From positions 1,798,001-1,862,000 of the forward strand of contig OZ251227.1 of assembly GCA_965240325.2 (NCBI GenBank): a DNA stretch of 64,000 nt, given 5' to 3'. The DNA comes from Rebecca billardiae RCC1528 (lineage: Eukaryota; Protista; Haptophyta). Below are positions 22,837 through 34,744 of the stretch, in pieces; the first letter of the stretch is position 1, and each line of letters starts with the position of its first letter. The notes beneath the pieces were generated by a model that was not told where the DNA came from, ran no database searches, and worked only from the letters and a program-made list of their open reading frames with translations. Position numbers and translations under genes: made by a program.

Positions 22837-23373
22837 GCTCGGTCAATCGCGTGCGCCTGCCGCGACACCATCGTTGGCGACGGCAACGCGCGCGAACTTC
22901 GGAATTGTTTTTGGTTATTGGCCTCGCGCTCACCTCATTTTTAAGCGAGCTGTCACAGAGTGTTTGTTTTTTGGTTTTTTGAGCAGCCGCAACGCGGCGG
23001 TGCACTGGGTTCAGCTAATAAGCCGCGCGTCGCGCGTGTGACTGCACGACCGACTGTCAGTGTCAGCTGTCTGTCTAGTGGTATAACAAGTATGTTCGCT
23101 GCCACGGCACTGCGACGCCGATCATCAGAATAATGGTGCCATCGGAGCTGATGGCCCTGCGTTCCGACGATTGGCGCGAGGAGCCGCGCCCGGTCCCGGA
23201 GACGGCGGAGAGGTACAGGATCGACAAGTCGCGGTACTCCAGTAGACATCAGGCGGAAAAACCTGTGAGTGTCGCTTTCGTCATCGGACTTGTTGAGGAC
23301 ATGCTGAGCCGCGGATGTCGCGGCGCTCCCCGGCCGCCGAGCCGATAGGGGGCTCGGCACGTGGTGTGCGCGT

Positions 23374-25372
23374 TCACTTCTTGAGCGGGCCCACAGCGTC
23401 GACGTTGGCAATCACCTTGCGCGCGTTCGCCTCGATTGCGCCCCAGTCCTCGGCGAGGACCTTGTCCAGCTCGAAGAGCGGCGCCTGCAGCCGGAGCGCG
23501 CGCGCGCGCACGGCCCGGGGCGCGCGGGTGAGGCGCGGCGCCTGCGGGGGCGGCGGCTGACGGGCGCGCGCGCGCGCGGGGTCGTCGCGCCCACGGGTGG
23601 CAGCGCACCACGAGCCCGACGCCAAAGGCGCCGTTGCGGAGGTAGTCGCCCGCGTTGTCCAGGTCGACGCCCGACGTCGGGTTGAGCGAGAGGCACGGCA
23701 GCGCCGCGCTGACCGCCTTGATCCAGTTCCCCGCGCCCGCCACGCCCGGGAAGATCTTCTGGATGGGCGCGCCCGCCTGGTACGCGGCAAACGCCTCGGT
23801 GGGCGTCTGGCAGCCGGGGATGACGACGATGTTGCGCATCGCGCAGAAGGTCACCACCTCGGGCACCAGGATCGGCGCGAGGATGAACTCGGCGCCCGCG
23901 TCGAGCGCCTGCTTGGCGTCCTCGATCGACAGCACCGTGCCCATGCCCACCATCACCTGGCGCGCACAGCGTGCACACGAGTGCGCGCGCGGGGAAGGGC
24001 GCGGAGGGGCGCGACGGGGCGCGGGGAGTGAGGCGCGCAGCCCTGAGGGGCAGGGGCGGGGGCGGGGGTGCCCTCGCGCCGCGTGCCGACGCGGGCGCAC
24101 CTTCGAGCCGTGCTTCGCGCGGAAGTCAGACAGGGTGTCGTGCACGCCCGGCGTGGTGAGCGTGAACTCGCAGATCTTGAAGCCACCCGACACGGCCGCC
24201 TCCATCGCCTTGGGCGCGAGCTCCTTGGTCGGCGTGCGGAGCACGGCGCACGCGCGGTACTGCGCGAAGGTGGCGATGACGCGCCTGAAGTCCTCCGTCG
24301 TCTTCATGTACGGGTCCTCCGACAGGCCCGGGTACTTGGCGAGCGAGCGGCGCGGCGCGGCCGTCGCGGGCGCGCGCTGCGCGGCCGGGCGCGGCGCCGA
24401 CGAACGGCCCGCCCACGTCGACATGAACTTGACGCCCTTCTGGGTGAGCAGCTTGCCAAGCGGCGACTCGGGCTTGATCGGCGGCTTGAAGGGGTAGTAC
24501 CTCCCTGCACGCCGGACGGCGCGCGCGGCGGCGCGATGGCGCGACAGACGGGCGGTCAGGCGCGGTGCAGGCGCGCGCGCGCAAGCGAGCGCGCGGCACG
24601 GCGCGAGGCGGCGGCGCGCACCGGGCGGCCCCGGGTTGGCGATGAGCTCATCCTTGATGATGTTCTCGATCTCCTCGCGGCCGTGCGCGATCTCGTACAC
24701 CTTCTCCGCCGCGGCCGCGGGCACGACGACCACGCCGTCCTGGTCGCCGATGATCGCGTCGCCCGGGCGGACGACGACACCGCCGCACGACATGACACCG
24801 TTGCACTCCCACGGCTGCATGATCGCCGGGCCCTGCTTCGCAGTCGTCGAGTACGAGAAGACGTTGAGCCCGTAGTTGATGAGCTCGTCGGTGTCACGCA
24901 CCGAGCCGTCCGTCACCAGGCCGCCCACCTGCCGCTGCTTCAGCCGGAGGAACTTGATGTCGCCGCCAACCGACTCCCACGGCCCGACCGAGGCCATCAC
25001 GAGCACCTCGCGCGGACCGCACAGCTCAAACGCCTCGTACTCGGGCGAGTCGACGCCGATGGGCTTGTCTGCCGCGACGTCGGGCCGGTGAGGCACGAAG
25101 CGCAGAGTCACCGCACGCCCCGCACACTTGTGGCCCTTGGCGAGCGGGCGCGCCCCCTCGATGAACGACGACGGCCAGCCCATGACCCACAGCCCGTCGA
25201 TCAGCGACTGCGTCGAGAGCGTCGCGAGCTTGTCGAGCATCGCGTCGGACACCTCGCCGCCCTTTGCGGGGCCCATGGCGAGGCACCTCGCCGCCGCAGG
25301 CTGCGCGAACGCCAGTGAGCGCGGCGCCGCGCGCGGCAGCGCGCGGCAGGCCCGGTGGAGTGCGAACGCCAT
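23374..25372 (-). CDS. Fusion of RraA-like/HMG-aldolase domain and KDPG/KHG aldolase (Eda-type), mitochondrial presequence
   Basis: RraA-type GGLVTDGSVRD and VRPGDAIIGDQDGVVVVP. Eda-type EFTLTTP, GMGTVL, GAEFILAP, PGCQTPTE, KIFP and PTSGV. Introns 24505-24621, 23957-24100 and 23485-23608. Confidence 0.88.
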
Positions 25373-25687
25373 TACGGCCAAATTGGTGCCGGGCGGCAGC
25401 GAGCTCGGCCGCCGATTGCCCGAATCGGCAATTGTCGGCACGTGGTGGGCTCGGGCGGCCGGAACGACGGTCGGCTTGCTATTGTTGTGAGTGTGCACGT
25501 TCGAAACATAGTCAACTGTAGGAATCTAGTCGGAGGTTCTCTAGTAAACCTTCGTCCGCGACGAACCAATCCGTTGCAATCCGGTGTTGTGGCCAGCTGG
25601 TTGATGAATACTTCTGCCCCGGCGGCTTGGCGGCATCACGGCCGGACGCAGACGCGTGGGGGCTTCATCATTTCGACGCTCAGGGCG

Positions 25688-27020
25688 ATGATGCGCGCGA
25701 TGTCTGCCTCCGCCGTGCGCCGCTCGGTCGCGCGGGGCGCGTCGAGCCTCGGCCTGCGCGCGCGCGCGCTCTCGTCCGTGCCGTCCACCATGAAGGCCGC
25801 CGTCATCCGCGAGACCGGCCCGGCGGAGGTGATGAAGATCGAGACGGACTACCCCGTGCCGTCGCTCAAGGACGGGCAGGTGCTCGTGCGCAACCACTTT
25901 GCGGGCATCAACTTCATCGACACGTACCACCGCAAGGGGATGTACCCGCGCGACCTGCCCTTCGTGGGCGGGCAGGAGGGTGGCGGCGAGATCGCCGCGC
26001 TCACGCCCAAGGCGGAGTCGATGGGCCTGAAGGTGGGCGACCGCGTCGCGTACTCGATCCTGCAGACATACAGCGAGTACTCGGCGGTGCCGGCTGACAA
26101 GGTGCTCAAGGTGCCGGACGGGGTGGGCCTCGACGTCGCCACGGCGTGCGTCGTGCAGGGCCTCACCGCGCACTACCTCACGCACGACGCACACGCGCAG
26201 CTCATCCAGCCGGGCGAGTGGTGCCTCATCCACGGCGTCGGCGGTGGCACGTGCCAGTGGGCCGCGCAGATGGCGCGGCTGCGGGGGTACAAGGTGATCG
26301 GCACGTGCTCGAAGGGGAAGGAGGCCGTCGGCAAGGCGACGGGCTGCCACGAGCTCATCGTCCTCGACGAGGTGCCCGGCAAGAGCTTCGAGGACTACAC
26401 GTCCGTGGACGTCGTGAAGCGCGTGATGGAGATCACCAACGGGCAGGGCGTCAAGGCGGCCATCGATGGCATCGGTGCGAAGCGGGCACACGCGCGCGCC
26501 TGCGCCGGGGGAGGGGCGTTCGCGACTGGGCGCGGCAAGAGGCGCCGGCACGCGGGCTCGGTCGCGTGATCGCATGCACGCAGCGCGCAGACGAGGGCGC
26601 ACCCGCAGCGACCACGTGCGCGCGGCCGCTACATGCGCGCATGGCCATCAGCTGACTGCCAGCGCCCGCGCGTGCACGCGCAACCCTCCGGCAGGCCTCT
26701 CGACGATGGACATCTCCATCGACTCGCTCGCGCGCCGTGGCATCTTCGTCTCGTTCGGCAACGCGTCGGGCGCCGTGCCCGCCTTCCCCGTGCTCCGGCT
26801 CATCGGCAAATCCGCCTTCGTGACTCGTCCGAAGCTGCTCGACTACACCGTCGATCGCGCCGAGCTCGACCGCCGCGCGGGGGACATCTTCGGCTGGCTG
26901 CTCGAGGGCAAGCTGAACGTGGCGATCGACCGCTCGTTCCCTCTGGATGAGGCGGTCGCAGGGCACCTGTACCTCGAGGAGGGCCGCAGCACGGGCAAGG
27001 TCCTGTACAAAATCGACTGA
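25688..27020 (+). CDS. NADPH:quinone oxidoreductase (zeta-crystallin/Qor, MDR family), mitochondrial presequence
   Basis: AGINFIDTYHRKGMYP, GLTAHYL, HGVGGG, SFGNASG, VTRP and STGKVL. Intron at about 26476-26694. Confidence 0.92.
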
Positions 27021-27605
27021 TGAGTCGGGCAGGCCACCGCACCGTCAACATCATTGCCGTGTCGTCAGCAGTTAGTCGGCCGCTGTCAGTGATGTAAGAA
27101 TTGGAGATCTTCAGACAGACAGGCTGGCAGGGAAGTTTCAAGAGGCACGGCCTCGGCCGCAGCGCCTGACGTTTCTAAGCCCTGACTGAAGCAGCGGATT
27201 CGCGCGGTAGTAAGTACACTATACGCCACCGAGTAATAATTAAACAGGTCTACGCAGAGTACCACTACCGGCGCCGCCGGCGACAACCAGTGAGTCCAGT
27301 GACGACTGTCACGTCGACTCGTCGCCGTCTCGCCGACACTCTGAGTCTGACAGTACGACCAGTCGACGATCATAAGCGCCCATTATTAAATATATATATA
27401 TACATATACAAGCGCCTGGCAATTATTGAAGCGGTCCGCGACGGCGAATTCAGCGCGCCCCTCCCCCCCAGACCGGCCAGACCCTGCTGCCGCCGCACCG
27501 GCCAACGCTAGGCCTAGCGTCACAGGTCTGACGCGCAGCGCGGCGGCGCGCCGCGCCACACGGCACACAGCGCGCGGCCCGGCATCGCAGACGAGTCCAC
27601 AACGC

Positions 27606-27772
27606 CAACGGCCAGGGCGACTACTTCCTCAACGGCCAGGGCGACTACTTAGTATTTCCCCCACGGCCAGGACGACTACTTCCTCAACGGCCAGGGCGGC
27701 TACTTTCTCAACGGCAAGAGCAACCCCGCCCGCGCACCGGCCAGGGGCGACTACTTCCCCCACGGCTAGGGA
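27606..27772 (+). repeat. Degenerate ~24-bp minisatellite (CAACGGCCAGGGCGACTACTTCCT), about 6 units
   Basis: Repeated CGGCCAGGGCGACTACTT units are visible. Confidence 0.85.
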
Positions 27773-29490
27773 GTAGGGAGTAGCAGGGTCAGCGCCATCC
27801 CCGACCGCACCGGCTGGCGTGAGCACGGACTACTTCGCACTGCGATTGCATCAACTCGGAGTCTCGGACCGTCAGCCGGGACCGACTCGCCCGGGGACCG
27901 ACGGCAGAAACGGCGTGACGACCAACGACTGCAAGTACTGAACTCTGTGACTAGGGCCTGTTTTATTTCTACCAGATTCCATTTACTATGTCACGGCGAC
28001 AAACCCGTGCTCGCCAGTGGGAATCGGTGTCACGCTCCGTTGGGTGTACCTCTCACGGCCGATGGCGGCCCCCACGTGCGCAAGGAATGCGATTCGTGCA
28101 CTCCTCGGTGACCGGTGAGTGCACGAATCCAGTTGCGGCGCTCGTCCGCCTCGTCGTTGTCGCACACGAGGTACACCCAACACCATGGGTCGGATCCCAG
28201 AACTCTCCGCGCGCTCGCGCCTGCGCGGCACTGGCAGGCTTGTTCTCATCATCTTGGCCAAGACTGCAGCCTGAAAGATGCGCGAGGGCGCGTGTGCACG
28301 CCTTTCCGCGCGTCATGGGTGCGCGTGGCACGCACCTTGTAATATTATACGCCGAGGAGGCCTGAGCATCCGGCCTACTAACCTTCCGCGATCACGTTCA
28401 AATGCAGGCAGCAAGCTGCAAGCAAGCGCACGCCGAACGGAAGCATCTCAAGCTCGACAAGGTAGTGGCGGCGGAGCGTTTAGAGCTGGTGGCGATTGCA
28501 GTCCATCTGGCTGTGAACTGGTCGCTAACTGACACGGGTGCGACGCAGCAGCCAAGGCAGAGTGCTTGCAGCTTGCAGAGGGCCTCCAGCTGCAGCGCCG
28601 GTTTGCCGCCGCTCGCCGCCGCTGCATCGTGCACACTGCCGTGCACCGCGAGTGACCCCTGTGTCAAGGCGAAGCACCACGGCAAGGCGAATCAGCATGT
28701 CTGACAACACCCTTCGCCACAGCGCAGCGCCTCAACACGAGAATGCGCGAATGACGTGCCATCACTTCTCCGGACTAGCTCCGGGGCCCGCACCAGCGGG
28801 CAAGCCGCCATTGTACCGCGTTTTGGCGAATGTCGCCTTTGGGCTCTCGTAGAAATAAAACAGGCCGAAGCGGCATCTCTGGGCACCTGGTTATGGTACT
28901 CCCTCCCTATGATCCGGCATCGGCGACGACTCCCTCACCCGCGGCCAACGCGCTGCTCACATCCTCCGTCTCCAATCAGTTCAGTGAGTTCTTCGACAGA
29001 CGAATCAGGAGAGCTGCGTCCTAGGCTCATGCCTGTGTCTTTAAGTCCTAGAATCAGCACATCAGTCATCATATATATATATATGTCTAGCCGTCCTCGA
29101 AGCGCCTGCGCCATCCAGATGCAGCGAGGAGGCGAGGCACACGCCGGGCAGGGCGGAGCCACGCGGCGAGATACCAGACTTCATACATTGTATCATATGG
29201 GATTTTGGTCCTCGGAAAACAACGTGCGAGCGGCAGCCACTTGAGCCAGCGCTCGGGCCGCGGCCCAGGAGCATCACAGCGAGTAAGTTGTTCGGGGTCG
29301 TTGTGCGAGCGCACAGAGCAGGCTCGAAAGTCCCTCGTGGCACGAGAAGAGGGTGGCCAAGATGGCAGCCGGACTTGAGCTCGGCCGCCTAGCTCGGGCC
29401 GAATGGCAGGCAGGTGTTGATACGGCGCATTGCGCTCCCACCGTCCTCCTAGACAATCAGTTATTGTGCCAATAACCCCACATATATATA

Positions 29491-29493
<3 letters not shown>

Positions 29494-29541
<48 letters not shown>
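29494..29541. repeat. (CA)n microsatellite, followed by a 2x TGTCCCAGGTTGTCC..CATCAAGATA direct repeat (about 29580-29640)
   Basis: Directly visible. Confidence 0.9.
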
Positions 29542-29544
<3 letters not shown>

Positions 29545-29695
29545 TTTTCCATACGTACGATTGAAGAAATTTTTTTTGGTGTCCCAGGTTGTCCCGTCAT
29601 CAAGATATATATAGTGTCCCAGGTTGTCCTCATCAAGATAAATGTTGCTGCTGGTACGCTCACTGCGGCTCACGCTGTCTGCGACTGCGCCAACG

Positions 29696-31234
29696 CTACT
29701 TCGAGCGCCGCGACTGCGACTGCGCCAACGCTACTTCGAGCGCCGCGATGCCGCGCGGAGGAAGCCGCGTGGTCCACTTGGCATCGACGAAGCCGGCCTC
29801 GAGCGCGCGCATGCGCAGCATCCGTGCGCGCATCTCCGCGGTCGGCTTGCTTACGTAGCCCCAGGCGGCCACGCGCTCACCGCCGTCGAGTGGAGCGCTC
29901 GCACGCGTGTGCAGCGTGGTGTGGTTGTTGTACACGACAGCCGAGCCCTCGGGCAGCTCAAAGGGTGCGGCGAGGCCCGGCGCGTGCAGCAGCTTGCACC
30001 ACGCCGCGTAAGCGCGCATGTAGTCGTGATACTCACCGAACGGCAGCTCGGCCATCACGGCGCGCTTGGACTCCGAGTGCATGATCCTGTTAACGGAGCC
30101 ATCCGGGCGCAGCTCGATGATGGGGTGCGTCTGCAGCGCCTCGTACGCGCCCTCGTGGTCGTGATCAAGGTTGCACGGCGCGCCTTCGAGCGTGTAGTGC
30201 ATCGTGCGCACGTTATGCACGATCGGAGTCTTGGTCAGCAGCCGAAATGCGTCGGGCATCGTATCGCGCAGTGCCTCGGCAGCTGTGAGGCCATTGACGA
30301 CGCTCGAGCGCACGGTCCCGCGCGCCTGCAGCAGCCACTGCATGTAGCCCGGCACGCCCGCGTAGAACGAATGGTCCGTGTGGAAGCCCAGAGGATTGCT
30401 CAGGTCGTAGTCTGTGTTGGACACCGCCACCGCCGCGCTCGAGCGGAGAACGCCTGTGCGCGTGCGGCGACGAGGGTGCTCGACCATCCGCCCAATTGTC
30501 GCCCGCACGAGCGCTTCGAGAGGGGCGCCAACTGCACTGTCGTCAGCAAGATCTGCGGCTGTGCCCACGCCGTGCACGATGGCGATGCCTTCTGTCGCCA
30601 CCGTCTCCAGAAGACGCAGCTGTTCATCGGCTCCAGCTGCGCCTGGCGCGATGAGCGCGCTCGCACTAAAGGCGGCGGGCACGTGCTCAGCGGCCCAGCG
30701 TGCGGCAGAGGTGCGCGTGAGTTCGTCGAGCGTGGTGTAAGTGGCGCGGGTACACGAAATGGAGTCCTCGGCACCAGCCTCAGCGCGCACGTCTCCGACC
30801 AGCGGCCCCATCGCGCGCAGCCAATCGGAAGGGAAGGCATGAGCCTCCTCTGACGCAGCAGCGGCGGAGCCATCCGTGTGCGACGCCGGCAGCAGCTCGC
30901 CAGACGCCGGCACGAGGAGGTTGACGCGAAGGGCATCGCCACCCTGTAGGTCATAATCACTGGCGACGGACGCGTCGATCGCCAGCGCATCGAGGCTGCG
31001 CGCAAAGTCACCCGGGTGCTCGCGGCGGAAAGAGCGCGTGCAGATCGCCGGCGACGAATCGCGCAGCCACGCAGAGTGGAACGCGACGCGCAGGCCGTCC
31101 TCCCACGCGACGCAAACGTGCCGGCCAGCGGACTCGACGTGTGCTGACGCAAGAGCGGCGGCACCCCGTGGCGCTTGGGCCGCGCAGTTGGTGGCGAGGG
31201 TCGCGAAGAGGCGCCGTGGAGCGGAGAAGAGCAT
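29696..31234 (-). CDS. Fe(II)/2-oxoglutarate dioxygenase, gamma-butyrobetaine/trimethyllysine hydroxylase (TauD) family, intron-less
   Basis: FHSAWLRD N-domain, LGFHTD (HxD), HPII and YNNHTTLHTR (distal His and Arg). Mitochondrial-like presequence MLFSAPRRLFATL. Confidence 0.88.
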   Translation of the reverse strand: MLFSAPRRLFATLATNCAAQAPRGAAALASAHVESAGRHVCVAWEDGLRVAFHSAWLRDSSPAICTRSFRREHPGDFARSLDALAIDASVASDYDLQGGDALRVNLLVPASGELLPASHTDGSAAAASEEAHAFPSDWLRAMGPLVGDVRAEAGAEDSISCTRATYTTLDELTRTSAARWAAEHVPAAFSASALIAPGAAGADEQLRLLETVATEGIAIVHGVGTAADLADDSAVGAPLEALVRATIGRMVEHPRRRTRTGVLRSSAAVAVSNTDYDLSNPLGFHTDHSFYAGVPGYMQWLLQARGTVRSSVVNGLTAAEALRDTMPDAFRLLTKTPIVHNVRTMHYTLEGAPCNLDHDHEGAYEALQTHPIIELRPDGSVNRIMHSESKRAVMAELPFGEYHDYMRAYAAWCKLLHAPGLAAPFELPEGSAVVYNNHTTLHTRASAPLDGGERVAAWGYVSKPTAEMRARMLRMRALEAGFVDAKWTTRLPPRGIAALEVALAQSQSRRSK

Positions 31235-31439
31235 CTTCTGGCGTGCGAGGGTGTGAAGAGTCGTCCTCGCCGGCGCCCGGCGCGGGGAGCGGATCCCCAA
31301 TCTCGCCTGCCTGAGTTGTGTGCGTCTCTTATTCTTACCGGTAAACTGTATAACCCTCTTGATGATGAACAAGTGTGCACGTTCAATATTAATTTTGCAC
31401 GTTCAATATGAATTTGTCGTCTTGTCGATGTTTAGCTTA

Positions 31440-32037
31440 CAGGTGGATACGGGTGATCTGGACAGTGGCCGACCCAACTCACGCGGAGGCCTCCCTGGGA
31501 GCATTGGGGTCGAAGGGGCGCCAGGGACGGACTTCAGGGGGTCCCTGCCTGGAGTTCCGCCACAGCGCGCTTTCTGCGCTGCGGGCCCGTCTCCGCGCGT
31601 GGCGGCCGCAATGGCACTGTCCAATTAGCCCCTGGCACTGGCTGAGGCATGGGAATCGAGCTCAGAGACGCGCGCGCCGAGGAAAAGCGTGTGCAGCGGC
31701 TCGGACGGTTGCTCTGGGACCTACCCACGCCAGCGCAACCGCGCCTTGCCTCGGAGTCCGCCCTTCCTGAGTCCGCGCACGCGCCTTGCGGCTTGAAACG
31801 CTGGCGTTCGCCCTTGTGCGCGGGACTCACGAAACAAGGCGAAGGCGGCGAGAAGCGCGACCTGGCGCGTGCGCAGACGACGTCTCACGACCAGGTGAGT
31901 TCAGCGAACATCGTGCGCCGTCGTGGCGACCCGCCAGTGGGCGCTCGTGCTCGTTCGCCCACGAGCCCTCGCCACGAGGCCCGCCGCCCGCTGAGTGTCC
32001 AGATAGCCCCTGTGTCCAGTTAGCCCGTATCCACCTG
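31440..32037. mobile_element. MITE-like element, TA-flanked, imperfect ~25 bp TIRs CAGGTGGATACGGG...CTGGACA
   Basis: TA|CAGGTGGATACGGGtgatCTGGACA at the left end and TGTCCAGttagCCCGTATCCACCTG|TA at the right end. No credible ORF. A regulatory reading is given in the findings. Confidence 0.6.
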
Positions 32038-32262
32038 TACAATCAATTCAGCGACTCCCTCGGCCGTACTTATAATTACAATCCAGGTGCATCTAATCTC
32101 CCGTAACGGTCGCGCCCTCGTGCCTGTGTCTTTAAATCATAGAATTGGTCGAGCACCCCTCGCTAGGCGAGGGGTGCTCGACCGTTACGGGAATCCCGCT
32201 GCTCAGGAACCACGTGCTCCGCGGGTCTTGTCACAGCAGACCGTGCGCGGTCCTCGTCGCCA

Positions 32263-33738
32263 ATGAGCAGTCCGTCGGGCATCCGAGTTCGTGCGCGCGT
32301 TCACACCGCCGCGTTCGAAGGGCTCCGCGGTATCGCGGCGCTCCAGGTGAGTCTGGGTCACTTCTGCCAGTTCATGCTCTACCAACCACTCGTGTACTTC
32401 AATGGCACGGCGGCTGTACAGCTCTTTTACGTGCTGGCCGGATTCATGACGTGCCTCGCCAACAACGAGGCGCCCTCGTCGGAAGCGGGGGGCTGCGGTC
32501 CGTTCGCGCGCCGATTCTGGGCTCGCAGGGTCGCCCGTCTTGGCCCCGTCAATTGGCTTTCGATCGTAGTTGGCACGCCGATCGCCGCCCTCCTGCACCC
32601 TCGGCCCCCGTGGCTCGTGCCGCTTAACGTCCTCCTGGACGCACTCTTTGTGCAGGCGTGGGTACCCGTCTTTCATTTGGTCAACGGGCCGCTCTTCTTC
32701 ATGAATGGGCTTGCGCTGTTCTACGGCGTGTTTCCCGCCATCCAGCGCCGCACGCAACAGCCGCGCTCAGCGCAGCGTGTCGTTCAGCTATGCTGGCGGC
32801 TCTGGGTTGCATACGTGGTGCTCTTTGTGCTGATTGCGGCTGCTTTCGAGTGCACCATCTCGCCTACCCCGGGCAGTTTGCCGTCGCAGACGCCGACCAC
32901 CGCCGAGATCCTGCATCACGCGCGGCAGATGGCCCACAAGCACCCGTTGAGTAAGCTCCCCTTGTGCTTGATTGGCGCAGTGGTCGGCAGCTATGCAATG
33001 GCCCCCGCTGCCGACACCGCTGCAGGTGCCGAGGGCAGCTCTATCGCTGCGACGAAACCCGCAGCGTCCTTGCGCTGGGGCGGTGTTGCGAATGGCTGCG
33101 CTTTGGCTTACGCACTCTTCACGCTCGCCTTCCTCTGCGTGCCGCTGATCGCCTTCCAGACTTGTGGGTACGAATACGCCTGGATTGCTGAGGATGCCTT
33201 CGCATACACAGCTGATCTGCTGCCTGGGCCGGCGTTCGCGCTGTGGCTTTACGCCCTGACGCAGGCGCCCGGCTGCGCAGCGGAGCGCTTCTTATCGAAT
33301 GCGCTCCTCCAGTGGATTGGCAAGATCTCCTACTCATGGTACTGCATACATTTTCCCCTTTTCTACATCTGCGCATGGCTGAGGGGGCTGGCGCGCGCAC
33401 CTGATGACGGGATCGCTCCCCGCTATGCCGCCGGCTGGTCTGGATCCCCGCTGCTGCAATGGTGGGAGATTGTGCCCGTCATGGCCGTGGTGGCGATGGT
33501 GAGTGCTGCTGTCCATCGCTGGGTCGAAGAGCCCGCGCGGCGGATCATCTACCGTCTCGTCGACGGCACTCCTGCAACGGCCGCAACCCCCGACGATTCG
33601 ATGGCGACACGGCGTCCCTGGCGCGGCGATGATGGATCTGATGCTGGGACCGGTATCGAACGCCGGTCGCTGCAGACTATGCCTGGTAGTTCTCTGATGA
33701 CGTCGAATACGCCGAAGACGACGATGCCATTGGTCTGA
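32263..33738 (+). CDS. Acyltransferase-3 (OafA/YrhL-like) multi-pass membrane acyltransferase, intron-less
   Basis: FEGLRGIAALQVSLGH, AVQLFYVLAGF, FWARRVARL, WIGKISYSWYCIHFP and HRWVEEP. Confidence 0.9.
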   Translation: MSSPSGIRVRARVHTAAFEGLRGIAALQVSLGHFCQFMLYQPLVYFNGTAAVQLFYVLAGFMTCLANNEAPSSEAGGCGPFARRFWARRVARLGPVNWLSIVVGTPIAALLHPRPPWLVPLNVLLDALFVQAWVPVFHLVNGPLFFMNGLALFYGVFPAIQRRTQQPRSAQRVVQLCWRLWVAYVVLFVLIAAAFECTISPTPGSLPSQTPTTAEILHHARQMAHKHPLSKLPLCLIGAVVGSYAMAPAADTAAGAEGSSIAATKPAASLRWGGVANGCALAYALFTLAFLCVPLIAFQTCGYEYAWIAEDAFAYTADLLPGPAFALWLYALTQAPGCAAERFLSNALLQWIGKISYSWYCIHFPLFYICAWLRGLARAPDDGIAPRYAAGWSGSPLLQWWEIVPVMAVVAMVSAAVHRWVEEPARRIIYRLVDGTPATAATPDDSMATRRPWRGDDGSDAGTGIERRSLQTMPGSSLMTSNTPKTTMPLV

Positions 33739-33752
33739 CGACGCGACAATAA

Positions 33753-33755
<3 letters not shown>

Positions 33756-33785
<30 letters not shown>

Positions 33786-33837
33786 GCCTCATGGCCCGCG
33801 GTGCTATCTAGTATCTATCTATCTATCTATCAGTATC

Positions 33838-33885
<48 letters not shown>

Positions 33886-33908
33886 GATAGATAGATGATA
33901 GATAGATA
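33756..33908. repeat. (CAT)n plus (TATC)n/(GATA)n microsatellites between convergent genes
   Basis: Directly visible. The TATC and GATA blocks are reverse complements. Confidence 0.93.
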
Positions 33909-33984
33909 TTTACATGTGTACAATATGTGTACAGTACGTACGGTATCATACGTACGTGCACGTTGACGTGTCGCCGATCAATGA

Positions 33985-34716
33985 TTAGATGAAGCCACGC
34001 ACCAGGTAGAGTGCGCACGCGGCGATCTCGCGCACAAAATCGTGCACAGACGGACCGATATCCACCATCGCAGTGTTCGCCACGTCATCAGCATGAGCAG
34101 CAGTGGTGCCATCAGCTGCGCAGGGGACCACGAATGTACAGCCCGTCACGCCCAGGTCATGCGCGGCTTTGCGGAACGTGCGCAACGAGCGCCACTCGTG
34201 GAAGGTTGAGGTGACGAGTGCGACGGTGCCAGATGATCGGGGCGAGGCGGCACACGCGAGCATAGGGATCGTCAGCATGGCGTTTAGCCGGGTGGAGGTC
34301 GACGCGCGCTCCACGCGCAGCGTCGGCTTTCCCGTGGGCTTGAGTACGCGATACAGGAACGCGGCCATCACGTCCGCCTCTGTCGGCAGGTTGGCACGGA
34401 CGCGCCAGCCAGTGCCCCCAGAGCAGAAGATCGTTGGCCGTGGATGCGTGAAGGACCACAGATCGGCGGCGCGCTCGAGGCGGCTCTGGAGCGTACGTGA
34501 GGGGGTGCCACGCTGATGGTCGACGGCGTAGCCGAGAACGACGATCTCTCTGGGCCTATATGCGGGCGTGAGCCTTTCACATGCTGACAGCACGTGCGCC
34601 ATGCGCTGTGGTAGCTGCAGGTAGCCGACGCGCATGGCGAGCGCGAATGCGAGCGCCATCCCCATCAGCCCGGTCGTTGTGCAGCATGCTAATGCGAGCC
34701 GTACAAGGCGCGTCAT
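33985..34716 (-). CDS. DUF218 (YdcF/SanA/ElyC-like) protein with N-terminal TM, intron-less
   Basis: IVVLG, SRLERA, SGG, TEADVM, ERASTSTRLNA, LVTSTFHEWRS and VREIAA. Confidence 0.88.
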   Translation of the reverse strand: MTRLVRLALACCTTTGLMGMALAFALAMRVGYLQLPQRMAHVLSACERLTPAYRPREIVVLGYAVDHQRGTPSRTLQSRLERAADLWSFTHPRPTIFCSGGTGWRVRANLPTEADVMAAFLYRVLKPTGKPTLRVERASTSTRLNAMLTIPMLACAASPRSSGTVALVTSTFHEWRSLRTFRKAAHDLGVTGCTFVVPCAADGTTAAHADDVANTAMVDIGPSVHDFVREIAACALYLVRGFI

Positions 34717-34744
34717 GCCGTCGCGCTGCGCTGCAACGGCCTCA

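Noticed and set aside
27606-27772. Repeat array considered as CRISPR
   Set aside because: The units are adjacent and degenerate, with no unique constant-length spacers and no cas genes, in a eukaryotic context.
27960-29450. Possible decayed transposase fragments
   Set aside because: Only vague hAT-like words are present, with no recognisable catalytic motif. It needs a tBLASTx search.
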